Positions 53,323 through 64,000 of a stretch of 64,000 nt of DNA are shown here, piece by piece. Position numbers and translations under genes: made by a program. The stretch comes from Eledone cirrhosa (taxonomy: Eukaryota): contig OZ024742.1 of NCBI GenBank assembly GCA_964016885.1, positions 362,762,001 to 362,826,000 on the forward strand, written 5' to 3'. The notes below the pieces were generated by a model. It saw only the letters and a program-made list of their open reading frames with translations. It ran no database searches and was not told the origin of the DNA. Position 1 is the stretch's first letter. Each line of letters begins with the position of its first letter.

Positions 53323-53344
53323 ATGTGTGTCTGTATGTGTGTGC

Positions 53345-53380
<36 letters not shown>

Positions 53381-53408
53381 GTGTATGTATGTGTATGTGT
53401 GTGTATAT

Positions 53409-53450
<42 letters not shown>

Positions 53451-53589
53451 ATATAGGTGTCTATGTGTGAATATATGTCTTTATTCGTATGTGTGTATTT
53501 ATATATGTTTATATTTAGGTGTATGTATGTATGTGTATGTATGTATATATATGTATGTATGTGTATGTATATGTGTATATGTGTGTATA

Positions 53590-53620
<31 letters not shown>

Positions 53621-53837
53621 TATTCTTTATTATTATTGTAATATAACTTATGTGTATATGTGTATAAGTGAGGTTGTGTATGTATATATACTATGTGTAT
53701 ATATAAGAGTAATGAAATATATATATATATATATATATATATGTGCATGTCTGTATTTTATGTGTGTGTGTATATATATATGTGTATGTGTGTATATATG
53801 TATGTATATATGCATATATGTGTACGTGTGTGTATGT

Positions 53838-53882
<45 letters not shown>

Positions 53883-53993
53883 TGGATGTTTGTATGTGTT
53901 CTCATGGTGGTATGAGTGTGGGATATATATGTTTATGTATAAGTATATGTATGTGTATGTGTATATATATATGAGTCTATGTGCGTGTGTATA

Positions 53994-54042
<49 letters not shown>

Positions 54043-54810
54043 ATGTGTGTATGTATTGCGCGTGTGTGTGTCTGTATTTTTATCTTTTTATATGTGTATG
54101 TGTATGTTCGTGTAAATGTATGTGTGTGTATGACAGTATAGGTATGTGTGTATGTATGTATGTGTAGATATCTCTATGTGCGCGTACATGTATGTATGTG
54201 TATGTATATCTGTATGCGTATGTACATTATATTATATGTAATATATTTTATTGTTTTTATTTTTTTATTTTTCATAATTTATAGATACATTTATATTAGG
54301 CTGTCTGGTCTGACAACCTAATACTGACCCCTCCCCCCCCCTCCCACCTAATTTCTGTATCTTGATCTTGAAATGTGTGTACCAGTGTGTTTATGTGAGT
54401 GACTTAATTTCTATTTGCTTATGATTTTATATCCACATATATAAATGTGAGTGGGGGAGTGTGTGTGTTTGTGTGTTCGTGGTTATGTGTATATTTATAT
54501 ATATACGCACATGTATGTGTGATTATACTGATATGTGTGAGTATGAAAAAAATATATTTATATGCTTGACTCCATAAGTATCATTGCGTATCTTATCAGC
54601 GCATTAAGCTTACAGAGATATTAACCTTGAAATTTTTTATTTGCATCCATCTTTTTAGTATGCACATACAAATTATACACACATTATTGTAAAATGTGTG
54701 TAGGGTTTTACATGTATATACACACACCAAACTGCTTTTTAACCCTTTGTGTTTTCATTGGTCAATTTTGAACTGATATTTTGAATTGTTGTTATTATCA
54801 ATAAATATAC

Positions 54811-54965
54811 TTCATTATTTCTGAAGACGGCGTATATATGAGTTAGGTATGTATATTTAATCTTGATAATTTGTATAATTTTGTATAATTTTGTACATAG
54901 ATCTGTTAAATATGCATACCAATTATAACACATATATACCCTAGAAACGATCGTTAAATAGTGAA
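54811..54965 (+). ncRNA. type I hammerhead ribozyme with 116-nt stem II region (copies at 45489-45643 and 43375-43529, minus)
   Basis: Stem I TTCATTATTT/AAATAGTGAA, CTGAAGA, stem II including GGTATGTATATTTAA/TTAAATATGCATACC, GAAA, palindromic CGATCG, GTT site. Confidence 0.85.
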
Positions 54966-55010
54966 CTTTTTTTGTTTAATATAAGGAATTGTTTGTTCAT
55001 TATTTGTTTA

Positions 55011-55041
<31 letters not shown>

Positions 55042-56651
55042 CAATGTATATATATATATATACATGCATGTATACATACACACGAACACACACATATATA
55101 TTTCCAAAAGATAAGAGGCAAATGGAGAATGGAAATAAATCTTTCCATAACATACACCTCTAGAACTACACATAGTAAACAACCAACCATGAACAGTCAA
55201 CCGTGAAGAGTATATAAACATTGGAAGTAAATAAGAAAAACAAAAATGAAAACAAAAACAGTGCAATAAAATCTTCAGTATCGTAACTAACAGACGTTAT
55301 AAACACAATTTTTATTCTTGGCAGTGCTCCAGCATGGCCTAAAAATGAAGTTTTAAACAGGTCTCTGTTGTATAAATCAAAACTACACATTTTAAAATGA
55401 CCGTTTTAAATAAAATCTTTCAACATGATTTAATATAATAAAGGTTTTTTGAGTGCGATGGATTGGCAGTATCGATAAGGCGTCTGACAACATACTTTAT
55501 GACATAGAGTTACGACCCTTTACGATCTTAGTTAAAATCCTGCTGAGGTTAGCTTTGTCTTTTATCCTTGCGGGGTTGATAAAACAAAGTACCAGTAATG
55601 TCCTGGGGTCGATTTAGTCGACTCTCTCCGCCTCAAAATTGTCGCTAGAAAATTAAAATTGGTAAGATAAAAATAGATTCTTACCTTAGCAAATTTAAAA
55701 ACCCATTATCAAGGGAATATCTCTGTGAGAGACGTAAAGGAACGACCGAGGATGATATCTTTACAGATTTAATGCAATGAAAATACGTTAAAATTTCGAG
55801 CGGGCGCGTTGTGAAATATCTAGGAAAAAGTGTATGTTATATGCATGAGTGGGCGTGAAAGTAAGTGTGCTTAGTGGGATGTATGTATGTGTGCTTAGTG
55901 GGATGTATGTGTGTGCATGAATGTAAGTTTATGTAGTGAAAGGCGTGTTTGAATATGTATATAATAAAAAGGGAAACATATGTGTGTGAGTCGAAGTGTG
56001 TATGTCTAGTGAGGACAGATTTAATTTGAAAGAATGAAACAGCCCACTGGGTTGCTGGAATACAGGCTTTTAAATTAGCCATTCTGATGTTTTTATTTTG
56101 TTTTCTAAATTAGGCCCAAGGACTCAATATTGGAGGAAGGGAAAGTTGATTATTTCGACACCAATAATTAACGGTTATTTTATTTTATAGACCTTGGAAG
56201 GATGAGAAGTAAAGTTGACCTAGGTTGGATTTGAACTCAGAAAGTAAAGATTGGGAACAAATACTGCTAAATCTTTGTCGGACGCTCTACCGACTTTGTC
56301 GATCCTCAACCCTTTACCATCATGGAAAATATTTCTAATTGAAGGGGAACGTTGTGTATCTCTACCCGAGTATTTTACTGGTATTTCTCTTGACCATGTT
56401 GGGTTTGAACACCAAACGTAAAATACCATACCTTTGATGTCTTAAATTATTCTACCAATTCACCAACCTTTGACATCATGGGAATGAAATAATGAATAAA
56501 TTTAAGTCACTTCCAGTGTCTTCATTAATTAATGAAAATTATTAGAAATATGGCGGGAAAAAGGTTAACATTGATGTAAGACAACTTCTCACCTAGAAAT
56601 TCCTGCTCTATAAGCCTACTACTTAACCCCGGGCACATGATTGGAGTCCAG

Positions 56652-56905
56652 GACAGCGAGAGTAAGGTGTGGGGTGAGAGGAAGCGTGAAAGAAAGTGTG
56701 TGGGGGGGGGAGCTATAGAGCGAGAGTAAGGTGGGAGGGTTATGAGAGGTACAGTGAGAGTAATGTGTGGGGGGGGGGGTGTAGAGCGAAAGTAAGGTGG
56801 GAGAGTTATGAGAGGTACAGTGAGAGTAAGGTGTGAGAGGAAGAGTGAAAGAAAGTGTGTGAGTGGGGGGGGGGGGGGGGGTAGAGCGAGAGTAAGGTGG
56901 GGGAG
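56652..56905. repeat. G-rich degenerate tandem repeat
   Basis: Recurring (GA)GCGAGAGTAAGGTG units with G9-G17 runs. Confidence 0.6.
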
Positions 56906-57705
56906 AGAAGGAGAGGAAACACAAGGTAGCCAGAAGGAAAGACATTAAGGGACATAGAGAGAGAGGGAGAGAGAAAGTGTGTAGGTATGTGAGAGAGTGA
57001 GAATGAGAGTGAAAGAAAGACAAAGAAAACGAATATGGCTATGCGAAAGTGTGATAAAGAGCTAGAGAGAGAGAGTGAGGGAGAGAGAGAGAGTGAGGGA
57101 GAGAGAGAGAGAGTGTATGCATGTAAAGGTTGAATATACACAGTGTTGGCAGTTGTCCAGTATGGCTTCGGGAATGTAGATTTAAATGGCTAAAATCGAT
57201 GTAACAAATATCTGTTAGATGGAAGATAATATAATTTTTTTTATTCTCATTCTCGTTTCAGTCTTATTTCAATTCAGGTCTGGTACTTATTTTTATCGAT
57301 CCCTTTCGCTGAGCCTCTAGACATATAGACACACACACTGATATAAATGTAAACTTTGACACAGACACACACACCCGCACACACATACACACACACACAC
57401 ATGTATGTTTTCCTAAATATAAATATGTGTATATATTTACGTTGTGGGACAACTAAATAAATATCAAAGTTGAAAAAAAAGCGAGTAAATCCCTTTACGT
57501 TTGTGCCTCAGTGCAGATGAGGTCCCATGAATTGAACAAGCAACAGCTATATATATATATATATATACATATATATATAAGGAAAAGAAATCGAAAATGT
57601 AACTGCAGTCTTTTAAAGAATATTTATTTATTTCCTTTACGGGTTTCACAGTTCTTATGCTTTTCAAAAGTAAAATTGAGATGGAGTGTTTGTGGTTTGT
57701 CTCAC

Positions 57706-57752
<47 letters not shown>

Positions 57753-57757
57753 TATAT

Positions 57758-57841
<84 letters not shown>

Positions 57842-60800
57842 CTATTGCTCGTTCAATATATATATTTATGTGTATATATATATATATGTAATCAGAAGAG
57901 AGAGTTATCAATGTAACAGTTGTCTCTGCAACCCACCTGTTGTGTATTGCACTGTTATATGTCTGGAGTCAAGGATTGTGTCACATTCAGATGTAAAGAA
58001 AGACAGACAGATTCCGGAGTTAGTTCCTGGGTGAAGAGAGAGAGCTACATTAAATGTCGATATATCAGTGGAATGCTGATCAACCTGCACGTGATTTTCA
58101 CGAACAATCTATTCCGTTGTTGAAGCATCTGTAACACTCTTCGTCAGAACCGACGGAAGTCCAACGCCTTCACACAAAATCTTTCCTTGCAGAAATCTTT
58201 CCTTTTAGTCTAGTTAAATATTACAAATTATATGTCGTAGAATTATTTACACAAACAAGATATAGGAAGTTGTTGAGTGGTAGATTTAAACTAGGAATGT
58301 GGTTTGAAGCAATATTTAAACATACAAAAACAAGTAATAATTAGATATATCGGAATATATAAAGGTCAGAAGATTTGCTGACTAAAAATATGTCTACACT
58401 CCGGTTGCGAATAATGGACCCCCAACCTCACCGTTTATTAATTCATCGGATATTTCCAACCCCTAGGTCTTATTCCACCCCCACACCACTTATTAAATTT
58501 CGCTAATCTATCTCCAGCGAAATTTATTTTAATTATTAGCATTCCTGCGACAATTAATTTTCTTTAAGCAATGACAATTAATTTTCTTTAAGCAATGACA
58601 AAAAAAAAACAACAACAAAATGTACATTACTAGAAATCCCATGTTATACAATAAATAGGATGGGTTGGGGTTTCAATATGTAAACTAAACGACTAATTCT
58701 GGTTTAGAAAAAAAAATCAACGGACACTAACTAGAAACATTACCGACATTCCAACCCTTCCCGCTTATGTCACCACCCCCTATTATTTGGGACCCGGTGC
58801 AACATATCTTGTATTAAACCTATATCTTTCTTTAAAATGGCCTTAAATTTAGATGTGGAAACTATTGACACTCTGTTATATAAAGTACCAGTGATTCACT
58901 GCCGTAATTGCTGGTCTTGTGTCCAAAGTAGAAACTTTGTTATATAACATAATCTCTCTCAACATCTGTAGTTATCTCATAAAATCTACAATTGTAAAAC
59001 CACAAAATATTACTCACGGAACTATAAAAATAATTCAGGAAATATCTGATTAAATATATTATGTTTAATAGCCATACATTTTCGTATCGATAGTGTGTGT
59101 ATTTGGTTGTATGTGGATATTTGTGTGTATTTATATGTATGTGAGTGTTTGTGCGTATGTGTGTGTTTATGTGTGTGTATGTGGATGTATGTGTTTCTGT
59201 ATATGCATGTATGTATGTCTGTATTGGCATGTGAGTGTGAGTGTTTTTGTGTGTGTGTGTGTATTTTATGTATATGTGTGAGTGTGGTTGTGAGTGTTTG
59301 TTTGTGCGTTTGTATGTGTGTGTATATGTGGGTATATGTGTGTAAATATATGTATGTATTTGTGTGTGTATTTGTAGGAATGTGTGTGGGGGTGGGTGGG
59401 GTGGGGGTGTATGTGTGTGTGTGTGTGTGTGTGTGAGTTTCCATTTCATTTTTTTCATGCTGTTCATATTATATGAAAGAACGAATGCAGTGATGTCTGA
59501 AATTAAATTTTGTCAGATGAAATTCCGATGATAGTATTTAGGTAGCACACACATCCCAAACCACACACCACAACGACGAAGGACCAGAATCATATGACAA
59601 TAAATTATTTCCTATTATATATTTCTATGTGGCAATCACACACAAAAAACATAATACGAAGGAATAAAATAAGTTTCACTTTTGTATTTTTACAATCTTA
59701 TTAATTAGAATTATCGTTGGTCAGTGATTTCTAGTTTACTTTGAAAAATATCGCTGTTTTTTTAATCACAAGTTATGATTTCGCAATTCTCTTAAAGAAA
59801 AGCAATAACAGATTTTGATTATGTTTCCTCGCATTCATTCACTGGTTCACGTAATTGGTTTGGGCAGTTTATAATACTTACGCATATCTTTAATACTTCT
59901 CTTTCTCCCACATCTACTAAGGCATGTCTCTTATTGCTCCTATATCGACACTGATCTTCATCAAGCCGATAAGTGTGCAAAGAAATTCTTTAGATTATAT
60001 TAATCTCAAGGAATATATTATTGGACAGATAAGATCAATGAAAGGAATATTCAATTTTAATGTCTTCCCAATAACAAATTGTTTCTGTCTCTTTCTTCTT
60101 TGGTTTATTATCTTTTTTTTCGTGAAATGTTTCCTTGCAGATCGTAAGGATACTGAGGTGAACACATGTAGAATATATGATATATATATATGGTCGCGTA
60201 ACCTATGATGAAACCGTATGGGTGCCGTCTTTAGCAAGCTAGAGGTGGAGAGCCAATTGTGTTTCCAGGTCCTGAATACAGAGCCGAATTCTTCCCGAGA
60301 CAGCGAGAGAGAGAGAGAAAGAAAGAAAGAGAGAGAGATTGGGGAGGGAGATAGATAGATAGAGATGGGGGGATAGAGAGCGAGAGTGAAAGAGAAAGAG
60401 TGAGAGACAGAGATAAATACATGAATAGTTGGATAGATAGATATATATATACAGCACAGTGCTCCGAAATATATATATAATAAAACATATATTTTGATTA
60501 CGTGAATGTCTCCATTTATTAATATTCTGAATAATATGAATAATATATATATATATCACCTTGACCACCTTGACCGAGCAGTCTGTCGGGCGCCAATAGG
60601 CGCCGCTGGTCACAGCACGTCGTGCTGTTTTAGACATAAGATAACGCCATCCCACTAGCTGGGCGGGCAGGCCGGTACTCCGGTACTCATTTCTACAGGT
60701 GAGTAAATTGGAGCGACGTGAAATAAAGTGTCTTGCTCAGGGAAACAACACACCACCCGGTCCGAGAATTGAACTCACAACCTTTCGATTGCAAGCCCAA

Positions 60801-60859
60801 TGCTCTAACCACTAAGCCATACGCCTTCACCCCCCCATACACACACACATATATATAAC

Positions 60860-61043
<184 letters not shown>

Positions 61044-62005
61044 GACAAAGTTATAGTTCACTTGAAGCATTGTGTAATGAGGTATACACGTTTGTATATG
61101 TATAATAAAGCCAAAACAATGCAAGTATGGACATAGAATAAAGAATGTAAATGCAAAAGATATTGTTGACAATTTAGATTTATTTAAATGTCCTGTACAT
61201 TTATTTAAATGTCCTGACTAAGAGTGTTTCAGATGTATCAAAATAAAGATCCGGCACATAGTGAGTTCGATATGAGCTAACTACTTGCACTTCACATGGA
61301 TGTGTATATACCTAAACATACACTTTTATGGACGATACTGATGTTACAATTCTATCTATACACGTATAGCAGAAAATTGAACTGAACTTACTTGCGTGGG
61401 TATAGGGTTGCGGTTGACCCAATGTTTCCAATTTACATCGTCAAATTGAGATTTGACTAATATAACATTTCTTGTTTTGTAAACTAACTTTCGGTGAATA
61501 CTATGTTGGTATACTTATATTTTTTCTTTGACTTCGTGTCGCTGTGTTTGAGTATGTGTGTACACACTCACATTAACTGTGACCGTCTATAGTTCTACAG
61601 ATTTGATGCTATGTTGGTATATGTATATATATTTTTTTCTTTGACCTCGCGTCATGTGTGTGTGTGTGTACACACTCACATTAACTGTGACCGACTGTAA
61701 TTCTACAGATTTGATTGATGTCCAGCGTCTTTTACAGCTATTGGGAGATATGACCTGATAGTTTTATGACCCTAACTGAGGACGATAGCAGTCGCCGTAT
61801 TTTGACTGCTTGATCTTCATATGAAGGACTAAACTCTGTGAGTGAATACCGTTAATTTTCTCCCTCATATCAAGGATTTGAAGACAATTCATTTTCACCT
61901 GACGAGATCAGTTACAATCGATAATGGCTACACGATCGATCTATCTCTTATTGAAACATGTGTCGGGATTAAAATGATTGGAAATTTATACCATGCCTTC
62001 GGATC

Positions 62006-62035
<30 letters not shown>

Positions 62036-62036
<1 letters not shown>

Positions 62037-62355
62037 TTAATACATTAACAGAGAAAGCTTTAAGCTATACTCTGACTGGCTTCCATCTCACTCAACAAAC
62101 ATTAGGATATACCTTAGTATAATCCCAATTTTACGTTTGGGGTGCTAACTATATGTATTTTGCGAATAGCCAGTTGTATTATTTTATATGAGACATAATT
62201 AAAATACATCTCCCTTTCCAAACAATTGTTTCATTATAAGTTTTCTGGGAAAAATGTGTCCAGGTTATGTAGAAGCCTACATAGTCCGTAGGAATATATG
62301 CAGGTGGGCACTTATAAATCATCAGTGGATGCCCGTCAAACATCGATATAAAAAA
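62036..62355 (-). mobile_element. second copy of the 39272-40252 family, hammerhead at 62217-62329
   Basis: Reverse complement of ~39922-40252 with short indels confined to stem II. The core CTGATGA and GAAACAATTGTT are intact. Confidence 0.85.
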
Positions 62356-62400
62356 CTTTGGTTTAATATTGGTTTAATCCTGATATATGTATACATACAT

Positions 62401-62441
<41 letters not shown>

Positions 62442-62667
62442 ATGTATGTATACATATATCAGGATTAAACCAATATTAAACACTAGTGACATTATTATTG
62501 AACAGAATATTCGATACTTGAGATTGTAAAGTGTGACTATATTAGAAAGAGTAGGGGTAGGACGGGTGATTTCTTGTCGTTTTAATGGCTAGGTCCAGTC
62601 TAGAAGAAGATGAAGACACAGCAAGAGTTCAGCCGCCAGGCACTGACTCTTTCTAAGACACACACAG

Positions 62668-62759
<92 letters not shown>

Positions 62760-62790
62760 CCACACACACGCACACACACACACACCCGCG

Positions 62791-62821
<31 letters not shown>

Positions 62822-62823
62822 TT

Positions 62824-63433
62824 ATATAATTGAATATAAAAGAGAGATAAACACAGATATAAACATATATGTGTTCAAATCGTAAGGGACCAGATTCGCT
62901 AGGGTGAAAAAATAACTAACGTACATGGCATCAGAACCTAGCGTGTCTCATAAACGTACGCTACTAAAAATAGCACCCAAGTTTGCACGACGTTTAAATT
63001 AGCTCAACATAATTTGCCATGTGCGTTATTTTATATATGCACACTATTCAGTCTTTTGAGATACTTAGAAATGAAGGTATTACTAATTTTATACCCCATG
63101 ACGAGCAAAGAATTGGTAATTTCCTTCACTAAAATTGCGAAACAGCCAACCAAAGCTGTCTGGGTGTTCCGGCAGTTGCCCACTATAGGTTTGTATTTCT
63201 TTTTCTTGCTTTATTATTTTAAATTGAGTCTGGCAAACCATATTGTTAAGAGTTAGTTTATTTTTCACCATAGCGAATCTGTTCCCTTACGATTTGAACA
63301 CATGTATGTTTATATCTTTGTTTATCTCTCTTTTATATAATTATATTGCACGTGTCAGAAAAACGTCTTTCTTTGAGCTATTTAATTGTAAGAGACTATT
63401 TTGAGTTTCTAACTCAATATATACCTTTGATAA
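62824..63433 (+). mobile_element. second copy of the 6573-6983 family, hammerhead at 63091-63167
   Basis: Inverted 5' arm 62824-62920 versus 63250-63345. ATACCCC-ATGACGA-GCAA...TTGC-GAAA-CAGC caaccaaa GCTG-TC-TGGGTGT. Confidence 0.75.
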
Positions 63434-63627
63434 GTATATACATATATATATATATATATATATCATGTTAATATTGAAATGGCTTCCAAAAGACTAGAAC
63501 TGTATAATTCAAAAGAAATAATCAGGAAAGCCATTTCTATATTAAACATAATGTTTACTCTCTCCTAATGTATTGAGTACCTTACTTACTGTGGTCCCCC
63601 CGGTTGAACCCAAGACTCACCCCCCCC

Positions 63628-63701
<74 letters not shown>

Positions 63702-64000
63702 TATATATATACACACACATATATATATATATATATATATGGTTACTAATTTAAATGATAAGGCCAGGAGTAGATGGGTTGTATATTATCCATCCTGGAT
63801 GATGGAAGGCAAATTTGATGACAGTGTGATTTAAACTGAGAATGTGGACAGCCGGAATAAGTCCCTCAGATCAGTTCGTACCACACACTAATGATTCTTC
63901 CTGTCCACTTCCCATTGTACACTCTCAAGTATATAGTATAGATAGCTATAGATAGATCAAACAGTATACAGTTATAAATGTAGAGAGAGAGAGAGAGAGA

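Larger units (their letters stand above)
44029..56427. repeat. giant inverted repeat: arms 44029-49937 and 50522-56427, 584-bp spacer
   Basis: The ORF track shows mirrored ORFs throughout. The arms differ only by rare substitutions and microsatellite lengths. Confidence 0.95.

Noticed and set aside
49938-55018. Selenoprotein/SECIS, as reported for some Naiad elements
   Set aside because: There is no in-frame TGA in the visible ORF, and no convincing SECIS hairpin was seen.
60740-60830. tRNA gene on the minus strand
   Set aside because: The tRNA-like head lacks a paired acceptor stem and continues into a SINE body.

Overview
AT-rich, microsatellite-saturated eukaryotic DNA. SINE families and repeat content suggest an octopus or other coleoid cephalopod (inference). 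Most listed ORFs are artefacts of (TA)n/(CA)n/(TG)n repeats. The only host gene found is missing from the ORF track: two spliced minus-strand exons (5097-5208, signal peptide; 4243-4478, N-terminal ligand-binding domain) of a nicotinic acetylcholine receptor-like subunit that continues off the left edge. The rest is dominated by (TA)n-inserted Penelope-like elements (PLEs): a near full-length Neptune-type element with tandem and inverted pLTRs (7017-15521), a young Naiad-type element inside a ~12.4 kb palindrome (43186-56427), remnants, and many short non-coding derivatives. Also present are an R4-clade LINE in (TATG)n, RTE and CRE remnants, SINEs and minisatellites. Three signals stand out. 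(1) About 15 type I hammerhead ribozyme motifs of several designs: U3-A8 cores, stem II regions up to 116 nt, a GAAC stem III and a full stem III. (2) A 731-nt non-coding, hammerhead-bearing partial-tandem element resembling an oversized retrozyme. (3) Repeated inverted duplications of flanking DNA at PLE 5' junctions, suggesting snap-back, DNA-templated synthesis during integration at self-complementary (TA)n targets. All calls are by eye and none were database-verified.
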